Part shown: one piece after another, positions 51,153 to 62,331 of the stretch
How positions within the stretch are numbered: position 1 is the first letter of the stretch
Layout of the letters: each line of letters begins with the position of its first letter
UHGV virus genome: UHGV-0134996
Source: a virus
DNA: 64,000 nt
Reading direction: 5' to 3' (one strand)
The notes under the pieces: generated by a model
Told to the model about the DNA's origin: nothing
The model's input: only the letters and a program-made list of their open reading frames with translations
Database searches by the model: none
Program-made: the position numbers and the translations under genes

Positions 51153-52193
51153 TTAAGACAAGGACGCCACTGGTTTTAACAAGCCAGCATCAAGTAGCTT
51201 GCGAGTCAACCACTGCTGGCCTTTACCCGTTAATTGGGGCGTCAGCCGTATCTGGTAGCCATTTTCATCATCCAGCACCACTTCTTTCACCGTGAAATAC
51301 CCGGCGTTGATGTACTGTTGGCGCGGTACGTTTTTGCGCGCACCAAAAGCCATGAGAATGCCGTTCTGGCGCAACCATGAGAAAAGGGCGTTTTGCTTAA
51401 GTCCAACGACCTTTGCAAAGTTCCCGATCAGGATTCCATTAGCCACTGATACCCGGTCGGCAAAATCGACTTTAGGGGCTGCGGCCACCAGCTGTTGTTC
51501 CAGCTGCATTTTCTGTTCTGCCAACTCGGCAGCCAGGCGTAGAGCTTCTGGTAATGTTTGGGGGATCGATGGGGCAGGGGAGTTTGCCTGCTGCAATTCT
51601 TCCAGTTTGTCGATCAGCGAACGGCGGACCGCTTTTGACTCGCGCGCGGCGACTCGCAGGGCTTGTTTGAAAGTCATGGTTATGACAAGCATTGATGTTT
51701 TGTTCATTTTTTCCACTACACTTTTTGTGTAGTGCTCACCATCAAGCTCATCGAGTATTTTTTCGATGAATTTGTTGTTCCGAACCTCTGGTTCCCCACA
51801 TAACTTACGCGCTTCATTGACCATCTTTAACAGTGTCAGGCTGTCGATTGTGTCTCCGGTGTTGGAGATAACATGCACTGCTGGTGATGGCGTAGCTGAA
51901 GCAACAGGTGCTGGTTTTTCAACATTCAAATTATTACCGGTCATTCTGCGCGCCTCCTTTCTCATTTCTGCTGCCACTGTTGCGTAACGTAGACGTCCTT
52001 GTTCAATCAAATAATCCCTGATCTCGGCTATCAGTAGCCTGTTGATCACAGCCTTATCTGTTCGGGTATAAAAACGTCTGGTTATCATGAAATAGTTGGC
52101 AATTGCGCCGGGGATCTCCCGTGTCGGCATACAGGTTGTATGCAAAGCGATCGCTTCGGCTATTTCATTACGGGTGACGAGAGGTGTTTTCAT
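51153..52193 (-). CDS. ant: Antirepressor Ant (copy 2, complete)
   Basis: 346 aa; C-terminal Ant/KilAC-type domain; ATGA-coupled to icd. Confidence 0.8.
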   Translation of the reverse strand: MKTPLVTRNEIAEAIALHTTCMPTREIPGAIANYFMITRRFYTRTDKAVINRLLIAEIRDYLIEQGRLRYATVAAEMRKEARRMTGNNLNVEKPAPVASATPSPAVHVISNTGDTIDSLTLLKMVNEARKLCGEPEVRNNKFIEKILDELDGEHYTKSVVEKMNKTSMLVITMTFKQALRVAARESKAVRRSLIDKLEELQQANSPAPSIPQTLPEALRLAAELAEQKMQLEQQLVAAAPKVDFADRVSVANGILIGNFAKVVGLKQNALFSWLRQNGILMAFGARKNVPRQQYINAGYFTVKEVVLDDENGYQIRLTPQLTGKGQQWLTRKLLDAGLLKPVASLS

Positions 52194-52411
52194 AAACCCC
52201 CCTGAACGTTGGCAGAGAAGGGGAGGCTCCAGTAACTAAGTGAATTGCGCGAGTCAGTTGAAAAACGGGCAGTAAAAATGCAGGGGCCATCAGGCAATTG
52301 AGAGCGTGCTTCGTCTTCAGTTGCTGCGATAACGAAGTGATAGTGGTGTTTTTTACAGGAATAGAAACGCCAGATGAATTCTGGGCGTGCGCAAGGATTG
52401 GCATTAACCAT
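52190..52411 (-). CDS. icd: Icd-like small protein (Ash family), copy 2
   Basis: 73 aa; GAGG RBS. Confidence 0.65.
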   Translation of the reverse strand: MVNANPCARPEFIWRFYSCKKHHYHFVIAATEDEARSQLPDGPCIFTARFSTDSRNSLSYWSLPFSANVQGGL

Positions 52412-52640
52412 AGTTACGGCCTCACAATCAGGTTTAACAACCTGCTACCCGCTGCTAAACAGGTGGCAGGACGTGACGGGGTTAGCAGACTGGCGATTGT
52501 GAAACCAGCAGGCCGAAGCCTCCCCATCACGCCCCACCATAATTTGGGCGTAACGCGGTTTTACGGACACAAAAATACCGCAATATCGGATATCTGCGGC
52601 TGTCCGCACAATCATTCAGGCTGCTAAACCCGGTCGCAGA
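52412..52640 (-). ncRNA. Candidate c4-like antisense RNA / immI leader (copy 2)
   Basis: UUCG hairpin at 52510-52521; inverted GCTAACCCCG / CGGGTAGC pairs; boundaries not determined. Confidence 0.35.
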
Positions 52641-52725
52641 ATTTGCTACGACGGCGGAACTATAAGCCTGAACGATTAAAAGGTCAATATGATGCGAAAA
52701 GATAGCATTCGCGACTTAAAAATAC

Positions 52726-52742
52726 AAATCTATTAGAGCATT
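52726..52742 (-). promoter_or_regulatory. C1 operator-like 17-mer (15/17)
   Basis: Plus strand aaatctattagagcatt upstream of c4-icd-ant. Confidence 0.55.
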
Positions 52743-52838
52743 ATCTGATTAGTAAATACACAACTGGATCTAATAACCTCTTTTTTTTAAAGGCGAAAAT
52801 ATGTACCCTAAATGAGTTATAAGGCAGGTGAGGTTATA

Positions 52839-53486
52839 ATGAGAAAACTATTACTACCGTTATTATTTATGGCTGGGACTGTTAATGCAGCATCAAGCGT
52901 AAAGGAGATTTGTACCGATTATACGAAATACCTTGGGCACGTTTACGGCTTTGCTGTCAGTCAAGACGAATCCATGCGCAAGAAGTTACTGTCAGATATG
53001 AAACGCCTTAAACTTTCTGAAGCGATGGTGCAGCAAGAACTGTATAAAGTCGCAACCAACGAAAATGCTAAATATCAATATTCTCGCCTGTTAAATCCCG
53101 ACGCAAACGAGATCAATCGAAGCTCTTTCGATTATATGGTAAAGGCATGCGAAACCGCTCCTGATTTTGCTATTCCTAGCTGGGGTGTGCTGGTGGCGAG
53201 CAATGCCGTTAATAAAGAAGACGTTGGAAGAAATGGCATTGATTCAATCAGAAACTCACCGGGAATGCGCCATCAAAACGTTCAGGGTACGCTTGAAGAA
53301 CGGGCCAGGGGGCCGGGTACAAACTCCCCAATGGGAAACCTCTCCCCGGAGGAATTGCAAGAGTATAACCAACGGATGGAGCAGTATGAGAAAGCTGCAC
53401 GCGAAAAAATGGAACAACAAAAAAACGGATCTCTTAATACTTTCCAGCAAGGTTTAAAAGCGCTTAATTTACCCTATGAATGGTGA
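52839..53486 (+). CDS. Secreted protein with signal peptide (sim-like position)
   Basis: MRKLLLPLLFMAGTVNAASS signal peptide; AGGTGAGG RBS; shares peptide motif with Sit. Confidence 0.5.
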   Translation: MRKLLLPLLFMAGTVNAASSVKEICTDYTKYLGHVYGFAVSQDESMRKKLLSDMKRLKLSEAMVQQELYKVATNENAKYQYSRLLNPDANEINRSSFDYMVKACETAPDFAIPSWGVLVASNAVNKEDVGRNGIDSIRNSPGMRHQNVQGTLEERARGPGTNSPMGNLSPEELQEYNQRMEQYEKAAREKMEQQKNGSLNTFQQGLKALNLPYEW

Positions 53487-53537
53487 ATATATGGTGGTTA
53501 ACTAATTAAAATATTAATATCCAAAGGAGATAAATTA

Positions 53538-54014
53538 ATGCGCATCAAACGATTTTTACTAGTTATTGCTTTGCTTACTCCGTTTTCATCAATGGCAAAT
53601 GTAAGCAAATGGTCAACCGGCGAGACTCATGGTGTTCGTTCTTATGCTGTTTCCAGCAAAGATAATTATACGCTTACATTTGAGTGCGATGTTGGATTTA
53701 ATAATACGGATCCCAATCAAGTAGGAACACGACTACTCACTCTCATGAAAACAGAACCTGGCGGTGAGTCATTTGAGGCTAAAAAAGAACAAATAACGCT
53801 GAAAGTTGGTGATGATGAATATCCTATCAGTTCTATCGGTTCCTCTGTGGGTGATAGTTACTGGTATGGTTTTTGGTCAGATACCCCTGATATGGAAGTT
53901 AAAACATTCGATGCATACGTAGACGGAAAAAAAATCGCAACATTTACGCTACGTAAGGCCGCAGAGCTTTTCAACGCGGCACCTGAAGATGGCTGCCTGA
54001 AGCGCGCAAAATGA
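53538..54014 (+). CDS. Secreted protein with signal peptide
   Basis: MRIKRFLLVIALLTPFSSMA signal peptide. Confidence 0.5.
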   Translation: MRIKRFLLVIALLTPFSSMANVSKWSTGETHGVRSYAVSSKDNYTLTFECDVGFNNTDPNQVGTRLLTLMKTEPGGESFEAKKEQITLKVGDDEYPISSIGSSVGDSYWYGFWSDTPDMEVKTFDAYVDGKKIATFTLRKAAELFNAAPEDGCLKRAK

Positions 54015-54048
54015 CCTGTCACAAATGACTACTCGTAGAATCGGTTAA

Positions 54049-54639
<591 letters not shown>

Positions 54640-54649
54640 GGGAGCTGAT

Positions 54650-55261
54650 ATGGGGCTTAATGTTGCTTCAGTAAAGTCTTATGTATCTTCGGCATTAACG
54701 ACGACATTATTTGGCTCCGGCGTTGGTGAGCGGGAAGTTGGTAAGCTGACGTCAATCATCATGAACAAAATGTTGTTCGCGCAAGGATGGCAGTTCTCTG
54801 TCGAAGTTGATGGACTGGAGGGGGCAGACTTCTTTGCCAAAGACATTACCTACCACGATTACAGCATCGAATATGAAACGATTAAAATCGGCGGAGGGAA
54901 TATCCTTCAACCAACGGAGCGTTCGCCTGGGCAGATAACAATGATGGTCAGGGATACCGGTGATGGCCTTGTTTTTGACTGGTTTAATACGGCAAAAAGT
55001 CGGGTGATCAATCCGGACGGTACCGGGAATATACCGTCTAAATATTTGCTCAATGTGCGTATTTATCGGTTGCTGTCTTCCGGCTTAACCAAACTGGAAA
55101 ATGAGATGACGGTATTCCCGGTCACTACCGGCGATGTCACCTATGCGCGAGATCAGGTTACTGAATTTAAGTCATTCCCAATGACCTTCGCATTGCACAG
55201 CACGTTTAACCAATCCTCAAGTTCTTTGGCTTCCCTTCTGGGCTTTAGCTTTTCTCTTTGA
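54650..55261 (+). CDS. Hypothetical virion-associated protein
   Basis: 203 aa. Confidence 0.4.
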   Translation: MGLNVASVKSYVSSALTTTLFGSGVGEREVGKLTSIIMNKMLFAQGWQFSVEVDGLEGADFFAKDITYHDYSIEYETIKIGGGNILQPTERSPGQITMMVRDTGDGLVFDWFNTAKSRVINPDGTGNIPSKYLLNVRIYRLLSSGLTKLENEMTVFPVTTGDVTYARDQVTEFKSFPMTFALHSTFNQSSSSLASLLGFSFSL

Positions 55262-55275
55262 ATTAAGGAGCAAGG

Positions 55276-56157
55276 ATGCTTTTACCTCTTTTCCCGCTAC
55301 CATCGCGGCCAACTGAATTGATCCAGTTCCGTCAGCCGAATATTGCTGATGCGATGCGTTTCAACTCGATAACACCGGAGGAACAAGAACAACAGACAAC
55401 GGCGTATTTAAAAGCCTTGCTGGCTGAACCCGCGAAATATGATCCCCTGACATGGACGGCGCAGGACCGGATTACCGCGTTATGGTGGATATTTACTGGC
55501 TCCCGTGAAACACCGGTCGAGACATTCACCTACACCTGTAAACATTGCGGTAAAGAGCATTATTACGATTGCGATATGAATGCTCTGGCTGAAGATATCC
55601 AGGTCCTGGAAGTGGAACCGTTCATTGACGATATTGAGGTGTCTGTAGAGGGCGTGCCTTATCAATGGCGTATCGTGCCGCTTGATGGTTGGGCAATGGA
55701 AATGCTGGAGATGCGCCGTGCAGCATTGCCACCTGAAGACGACGCGGAATTCAAAGAAGCGATCGTTGATTTGCGTTTTTGGGAATTCGCTTATCAGTGT
55801 GAACTTTATAACGATGTTAGCGGTACTCGTGAAGAGCAGGCTGAGCGTCGTTATGAAACGATCAAACGGATGGCCATTGATACTGAATTTATGAAGCTGG
55901 CGGCACACATCCGGCTGGCTCATGAAAAGCTCGAACATGGTTTACCGTGCTACATCGATAAAGGCGAAATGCGTCTTCGTCTCCCGCCGCACAAATGCCC
56001 AAACCAGGATACAAAGGAGTCCACAGAGGGTGCGTATACCCGTCTGTGGGTGCCCTTTCGGGCTACCGACTTCATTCCACAGGTGGGGATTGAAAAGCTA
56101 TCAGACCTTAGTGTCCAACCTGGTTTTGTATGGGGGTATACCGATTCAGGACGCTGA
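55276..56157 (+). CDS. Hypothetical virion-associated protein
   Basis: 293 aa. Confidence 0.4.
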   Translation: MLLPLFPLPSRPTELIQFRQPNIADAMRFNSITPEEQEQQTTAYLKALLAEPAKYDPLTWTAQDRITALWWIFTGSRETPVETFTYTCKHCGKEHYYDCDMNALAEDIQVLEVEPFIDDIEVSVEGVPYQWRIVPLDGWAMEMLEMRRAALPPEDDAEFKEAIVDLRFWEFAYQCELYNDVSGTREEQAERRYETIKRMAIDTEFMKLAAHIRLAHEKLEHGLPCYIDKGEMRLRLPPHKCPNQDTKESTEGAYTRLWVPFRATDFIPQVGIEKLSDLSVQPGFVWGYTDSGR

Positions 56158-56238
56158 AAGGCTCACTGAATCCTATGCGTTTTTCCTGTTGGAGAAACTG
56201 GAAGAAAAACTTAAACCGAAGCGGTAGGCGATAAGATC

Positions 56239-59200
56239 ATGGAAAGAAAAAACGCCAACATTGACGATGTGATAAGGACGGTTGAAACCGCCAGCGCAAA
56301 AGAGCTGGAAGAGCTTGCAGGTATTCGGGAAGCCGTTGAAGATTTGAAAGGGGGGCGAGTTGCTACAGTTGATCCTGTCTCTCGCAGTGTGTCGGCATTA
56401 AATCGCACAATCGAAAATTCCCGGCCAGACTTTGTGGCCAATGCGCCATCAGTGGACCCTATTGTTGAGGCAATGAAACGGCTTAATTTAGGGGACGTTT
56501 CTCGTGTAGTTCAGGAGGATGTTGCTCTACAGGAACCGCAGGCCAAATCAACTACGCGAAAGGGTAAAAAACGACGCAAGAAGGCTATAACAGAAGATGT
56601 AAAGGCGCAACGGACCGAAGCAGCCGAACACGCTCGCGAAATGTTCGGTCAAAAAGGCGGTGCGCAAAAAAGCCAAAACCAACGCGATGCGCGTGGTCGT
56701 TTTATTGGAAAGTCAGGGAGTAAGGCCGCAGCGGAAGATGCCCGTGCTGAACGTGCTGAAAAGGCTAGGCGCAAAGAGGATGATGAGCGTCTAAATGCTG
56801 AATCAGGTTTATTAAAAAAACTGTCAAAAGTAGCTGAAGGCATAGGTAACCCTTCAGAGACTCGTGCCGTCGATGCGTTAGGTTATGCCGTTGCTGGTCC
56901 ATTGTGGGCAGCAGGGAAGGAGCTTGGCGGGATATCAAAAGAAGTTGGTGGATCGCTTAATGGTGCCAGAAAGTCTATTGCCGATGTGATTCGTGGCAAT
57001 GACGATAACAGCCGTAGAAAAGGTTTTTTTAGGCGTAAATCGCAAAATAGTGCCGATGTCGTTCAGGTTAACACCCAAAAACGGACGGTTCAGGAACTTC
57101 AGGAGCAGACCAGCGAAATTAAAGAGGGCAATGACAAGATTCTCCGCGCCCTTGATCAGATAGCCAAAAACACCGGTAAAAAGAAGGGCGGCTTGCTGTC
57201 CAAACTATTTAGCCTGTTAGGGAAGGGGGCCGGTGGCGTCGCGTCGTTGTTAATGGGGCGTGGCATGCTGAAAAAAGCTGGAGCACTCGCTTTTGGCGCT
57301 CTGGGGGCAAAGAAACTTGTAGGAATGCTACGCGGTGGTGGCAAGAAGACTCTCGCTCATGAAGGCGGAGATTTGGCTGCCCGGGCAGCAGGTAAACTTG
57401 GATTAAAGGCAGTTGGTAAAGGGGCGTTACGCGCAATTCCCCTAGTCGGCACAGTGGCTGGAGGTATTTATGATGCGGTAACCGGTTGGAATGATACAGA
57501 AGCGCAACGTCGAGCGTTTGGGCTTAAATCAGGACAAGATCCATCATTCCAGCAAAAAGCCGCTTATACGTTAGCCAATGTTCTTGATTTGGGGGGACTG
57601 GTATCTGGTATTAGCAGCGCTATTGGTGATGTTCTCAAATCACTTGGATTTGAGGATATCGGCAATATGTTGCAATCATTTTCGACGGAAAGTATTGCCC
57701 AGGCCATTGATAGCGGGGTTACCAACTTAGAAACATATATTTCTAACCTTGGCGACACCATTTCTACCAAGTTCGATGATTACACAGCAAAGATTGGTGA
57801 TGCTGTTTCAGCATGGTTTAGCGATACATCTAATAAGTTGCTTGAAAAGCTGGATGCCATAAAAGACTTCTTTACTGTCGATAACCTGAAACAGGTTTTC
57901 AGTGATGCAATTGATAGTGCAATTGACTTCATTAAGAACCCAGGGAAACACATTAAAGAGGCGGCTGGTAATATTTGGGATGGGGTTAAAAATTTACCCG
58001 GTAAAGCATTAGATGCAGCGGTTGATGCCGTTAAAAATACCCCTGCGGCAATGATTGTATCAAAAATACCCAATCCGATCGGCGAGGCTAATGCAAAAGA
58101 AATCACTCCAGAGTTAAAAGCTCCGGTTAATAGCCACCAGGAGACATCTGATTCTAAAACTGAATCCGATGCTAAACAGACTAATATTGCTACCCGCGTG
58201 ATAAATGCGGCACTGGACACGGCGAAAGATAGCAATAAAACAGTTAAAGAAACTGCCAATCAGATTATCAATGCAAATGCCGTAGAAACGGGCAATAGCG
58301 CGGTGCGGAAAATTGATTCAGCTATTGGACAAAATAGCTCGTCATCATCGTCGCGTAATACCACCGGCACTGGGAATGACATTCAGAAAGCTGCTGATAC
58401 CTACAATAATGGCAACTTAGATGTAAAAGTCGGAAGCCTTGGCGCTGAAGGTAAGGCAAATCTCGATAAGTTAGCTCCGTATTTTGCTGAACTAGAGAAT
58501 AAATATGGTCTTCCTGAAGGCACTCTTTACGCGATTGCTGCAACTGAATCTGGTGGTAATCCATACGCAAAATCCCAAACTGGTGCTCTAGGAATGTTTC
58601 AGTTCACGGGCATTGCTCGTGAAGAGACTGGCTTAGCTGAAGGTGAATCGTTTGATCCTGTGAAATCGGCAGAAGCTGCGGCTCTTCTCATGAGCAAGTA
58701 TCTGAAGCAAGCCAATGGAGACTTAAACGAGGCCATCACTGCATATAACGCTGGGTTTGGCACTATTAATAAGTGGAAAAAAGGCACCGGTGACTTATCG
58801 AAGGAAAACCGTGAGTACGCGATCAAGGTCAATACTCATCGTGCTCGCTATTTAGGTGGTGAAATCTATACACCTGGGGCAGGAGCACAGGGTGGGGCGC
58901 AATATGGAGTGAGGGGACAACTGCCTGATAACGCCGTTATCGATCAGTCTACTGGTCTGGCGTTTACCCCTGGTGATAGCCCGTTTGAGAAAGGCGGTCT
59001 GGTAGACAAAATCGGCAATGCTGTTGGCGTTAACGATCTGGTCAACAAATTCATGAATGGCCGGGGTATGCGTCGGGAAGTCGTTCAGGGAACGCTCGAA
59101 GAACGTGCACGAGGGAAGGGGACCGCAACAGCAGCTGGCAATGTGTATGTTGATACTCCGATGCCAGTTGAAGAGGCGCGTCCGGTGGCCAGCAACTCAA

Positions 59201-59631
59201 GTTACTTTGACCAACTCGGCGCACAAATGGGGATTGATGGACTATTCGATAAACTCCGCAACTCGCCGGGGATGCGGAAAAATAATGCGCCTGAACCAGC
59301 CTCCACGTCCCAGGTGACGACTGCCGCCAACGATTTGCAGCAACCAACCGGTCGTATGCAGATAGACGGGCAGGTTATTAGTGACCTTGGCGGTTCCGGT
59401 GCCAAGCCGACAATGCAGTTGGCTGATAATACCGTTTCACTTGATGGTGAAACGAAGCGGCTGTTTGCGCAGATGACCTCATTGCTTGCCAGGATTGAAG
59501 AGCACACCAAAGACTCGGCGAAAGGCCAGGGAACTGTCGTAAAGGTCAGCACGCCTCAGCCGGGCGTTATGCGCACGGTACCACTGTCAATTGATGATCC
59601 GTTGATGAATGACTACGCGAGAGTTGATTGA
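56239..59631 (+). CDS. sit: Sit-like structural injection transglycosylase / tape-measure-like protein
   Basis: 1130 aa; Gly/Ala-rich repeats; SLT motif ESGGNPYAKSQTGALGMFQF. Confidence 0.8.
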   Translation: MERKNANIDDVIRTVETASAKELEELAGIREAVEDLKGGRVATVDPVSRSVSALNRTIENSRPDFVANAPSVDPIVEAMKRLNLGDVSRVVQEDVALQEPQAKSTTRKGKKRRKKAITEDVKAQRTEAAEHAREMFGQKGGAQKSQNQRDARGRFIGKSGSKAAAEDARAERAEKARRKEDDERLNAESGLLKKLSKVAEGIGNPSETRAVDALGYAVAGPLWAAGKELGGISKEVGGSLNGARKSIADVIRGNDDNSRRKGFFRRKSQNSADVVQVNTQKRTVQELQEQTSEIKEGNDKILRALDQIAKNTGKKKGGLLSKLFSLLGKGAGGVASLLMGRGMLKKAGALAFGALGAKKLVGMLRGGGKKTLAHEGGDLAARAAGKLGLKAVGKGALRAIPLVGTVAGGIYDAVTGWNDTEAQRRAFGLKSGQDPSFQQKAAYTLANVLDLGGLVSGISSAIGDVLKSLGFEDIGNMLQSFSTESIAQAIDSGVTNLETYISNLGDTISTKFDDYTAKIGDAVSAWFSDTSNKLLEKLDAIKDFFTVDNLKQVFSDAIDSAIDFIKNPGKHIKEAAGNIWDGVKNLPGKALDAAVDAVKNTPAAMIVSKIPNPIGEANAKEITPELKAPVNSHQETSDSKTESDAKQTNIATRVINAALDTAKDSNKTVKETANQIINANAVETGNSAVRKIDSAIGQNSSSSSSRNTTGTGNDIQKAADTYNNGNLDVKVGSLGAEGKANLDKLAPYFAELENKYGLPEGTLYAIAATESGGNPYAKSQTGALGMFQFTGIAREETGLAEGESFDPVKSAEAAALLMSKYLKQANGDLNEAITAYNAGFGTINKWKKGTGDLSKENREYAIKVNTHRARYLGGEIYTPGAGAQGGAQYGVRGQLPDNAVIDQSTGLAFTPGDSPFEKGGLVDKIGNAVGVNDLVNKFMNGRGMRREVVQGTLEERARGKGTATAAGNVYVDTPMPVEEARPVASNSSYFDQLGAQMGIDGLFDKLRNSPGMRKNNAPEPASTSQVTTAANDLQQPTGRMQIDGQVISDLGGSGAKPTMQLADNTVSLDGETKRLFAQMTSLLARIEEHTKDSAKGQGTVVKVSTPQPGVMRTVPLSIDDPLMNDYARVD

Positions 59632-59987
59632 TGGCCAACAATAACGAAATTGATCCTTTGCTGACGCTGGAGTTATCCGGCGTAAAAACGTATGAGTCCC
59701 AGGAGGAGGCCTGGGGCGCTCGTTTATATGAGTGGCTAAACACTTATCAGGGTGAGGTATACGGAGATCCGTCATGGGGCAATGTTTTACCGCAGTTTAA
59801 ACACGAACCGACCAACTTGTCGCATGTTCAAATTGCGGTTGAGGCAATGCTGTTGCAAAAACTGACGGTAGATTTACCTGACATACCGATTTCTGGCTTG
59901 TCAGTAGCCGAGGGAGATGCTTTTGATAAGTTGAAAATATCCATTCGTATCAGGGATATAACTATCACACAGGACGTGGTGCTATGA
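59628..59987 (+). CDS. Small tail/baseplate-associated protein
   Basis: 119 aa, overlapping starts and stops. Confidence 0.4.
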   Translation: MMANNNEIDPLLTLELSGVKTYESQEEAWGARLYEWLNTYQGEVYGDPSWGNVLPQFKHEPTNLSHVQIAVEAMLLQKLTVDLPDIPISGLSVAEGDAFDKLKISIRIRDITITQDVVL

Positions 59988-61417
59988 GTAAAACAACACC
60001 GACTAAAGACAGTATTCGTGCAGAGTTTGAAGAGCTTGTCGAGAAAGATTCATTCTGGTCGAAGTTTGTCGGCTCTCAATTTGTCTCGATGCTGACATTG
60101 TTTATTACCCAGATTGTCTACAGGTGCTTTCAGTATGCCGATGCGGCACTGGCTGAAGGCTTTATATCGACCGCGACGCGGCGTTCCTCTATCCTGGCAG
60201 CGGCAGAAACGAATAGTTACGTTGGTACCAAGCCAACACCGTCATCCGGGATGGTTGAGATCACAGCCACAAGTGAAGATGCTCCAGCGGTAATCCCCAA
60301 AAACACGCCTTTAATATCTGACGACCAGTACCCTTACATGACTATGGATGTATGCAGGTTGGTTGACGGCACCGGTACGGTAGAAGTGGCACAGTTGGAA
60401 ATCCAGGAGGTGACATATACCGTTACGGCAGCCAAAGAATTTCTGGAAGTCGTGTTATCAAAGGCTCTCACTGCTGTCTGCTATAAGCTGGAAGTATTCG
60501 TGACGACCGATGGTAAGACCACGCAGTGGTCTTCCAGCACAATGTTCCGGTTAGCTGGTAGTAAAAGCCAGGTCTACGTTGAGTTTTATAAACCATCCGA
60601 ACAGTTGGGTGTTCGATTCGGCGATGGGCTAATTGGGCAAATACCGCCAGAAGGCTCGACAATTACGCTTAAGGTATGGTGCACCAACGGCGATATAACC
60701 CTGGTTGCTGGCCAAAACCTGACGCCTGTCGATTCTGCGGCTAATTTAGCTAATTTGATTTCAGTTAAGACAACGACACCTATAACCGCAGGTACCGATG
60801 CTGAAACAACGGAGATCACACGTAACCGTGCACAATATTACCTTGCCTATGATGATCAGGTTGTATGGGGCGGGGACTATACGTATTTTCTGGTTCGTAA
60901 CATCCCGGGGCTGTCCTGGGTAAAGGCATGGGGCGAAGGCCAGCAAGAGAAATTAGATGGTGCTTATAATGTTCAGAATATCAATAAGATATTTATTTCA
61001 GGATGGCATCCAAATAAAAGCCAGTCAGAGCTTGAAGAAATGATCCTGACTGCCTTTAAGAAGGTACCGAATGAACTGAACAAGAAATTCTCTTATAAAG
61101 AGGTCAGAAAACTACCATTTAAGATAACCATCACCGGACGGATATCGGCAAGCCTGACCATTGAGAACGTGACCGATGAGCTGAAGTCGGCACTGGAAAC
61201 AAAATTTGGGCGCGACTCAACTTTCTTTGATCCGAACCGCGTCGGAAAGTACATCCTGATTAAGAAAAAAGACGTTTGGGCGTTTATCGAAACGTTGGGC
61301 TATTTCCGCGACTTTTATCTGGAGTTTGTCGAGTGGAATGAGTCCAACGGCTTTTACGATTTCGTTTATCTGGATACAGGAAACTCCACCTTCAATATTT
61401 CGTATGAGGAGGAGTGA
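59984..61417 (+). CDS. Baseplate/tail structural protein
   Basis: 477 aa between sit and tail-fibre operon. Confidence 0.45.
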   Translation: MSKTTPTKDSIRAEFEELVEKDSFWSKFVGSQFVSMLTLFITQIVYRCFQYADAALAEGFISTATRRSSILAAAETNSYVGTKPTPSSGMVEITATSEDAPAVIPKNTPLISDDQYPYMTMDVCRLVDGTGTVEVAQLEIQEVTYTVTAAKEFLEVVLSKALTAVCYKLEVFVTTDGKTTQWSSSTMFRLAGSKSQVYVEFYKPSEQLGVRFGDGLIGQIPPEGSTITLKVWCTNGDITLVAGQNLTPVDSAANLANLISVKTTTPITAGTDAETTEITRNRAQYYLAYDDQVVWGGDYTYFLVRNIPGLSWVKAWGEGQQEKLDGAYNVQNINKIFISGWHPNKSQSELEEMILTAFKKVPNELNKKFSYKEVRKLPFKITITGRISASLTIENVTDELKSALETKFGRDSTFFDPNRVGKYILIKKKDVWAFIETLGYFRDFYLEFVEWNESNGFYDFVYLDTGNSTFNISYEEE

Positions 61418-62253
61418 TGCAACGTTCCTGGTTTAATAACCGGCTTACATCAGCTAAGCAAAAGTCATTGCTCTATAAATCATTGGCTGATTTGGTTCAG
61501 TCAATGATGGACACCTTTGTTGACCCATGGTTGGAGCGAATTACCAACCGGAAGTCTATTTTCTCCATGAGCAAGGAGGATCTGGAGACCAGGACAAATG
61601 AACTTGGCCAGTTTTTTACTATCAGAACGTCGAATTCATCTTCCGTTCCGATGTTGTTACAACAGCGGTTTGATGAGATCCATTTTAAGGGTACTGAACG
61701 CCCTATAAACCAGACAATTTATCGCGAATTTAACGGTATATCGGTTTTATGGGATCCCATATATGCTCCGGTGGACTTTGAACGTCATCCCTATGGCACG
61801 GTCCTGATTCCAGAAAGCACACTGGAAACTACCGGCGGCACATTCGGTGAGATGTTTCTGACTTCCAGAGGAATGATCAGTATTCCCATAAACGACCTGG
61901 CCCGGACAATGGGTATTACTGGAACGATAGATCAGTCCGCAATTACAGAAGAAATTCTCAGAAAGTTTAATCAGTTCGTAAAGCCTCTACTGCCACTGCA
62001 TATAGTGTTTGATGGGCTTACGCTCTATTTGTCGGTTGTTGTAAATGAACAGGCCGACATGATCACTTTGAATGAGATTTCTGATACCGAAAAAGCATTC
62101 TGCTGGTTTGAAACTTCGGATACAACTTCGCTTACTGAAGTTACGTTGATTAACGCCCCGATCACTGCAACGCCGGGCGGCACTATTGTGAAAGCAACGC
62201 CTACGTTTGATCGCACCCGCGCAGATGATTTGCTGTTGGATAGCGATGCGTGA
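61414..62253 (+). CDS. Baseplate/tail structural protein
   Basis: 279 aa; followed by 12-bp inverted repeat hairpin at 62266-62290. Confidence 0.45.
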   Translation: MMQRSWFNNRLTSAKQKSLLYKSLADLVQSMMDTFVDPWLERITNRKSIFSMSKEDLETRTNELGQFFTIRTSNSSSVPMLLQQRFDEIHFKGTERPINQTIYREFNGISVLWDPIYAPVDFERHPYGTVLIPESTLETTGGTFGEMFLTSRGMISIPINDLARTMGITGTIDQSAITEEILRKFNQFVKPLLPLHIVFDGLTLYLSVVVNEQADMITLNEISDTEKAFCWFETSDTTSLTEVTLINAPITATPGGTIVKATPTFDRTRADDLLLDSDA

Positions 62254-62331
62254 CAATCACCCCGTCCGCAGGGCGGGGTGACAAGTTACTTATCTTACAA
62301 TGAGGCTTCACAACATTGATTAGGGAAAATC

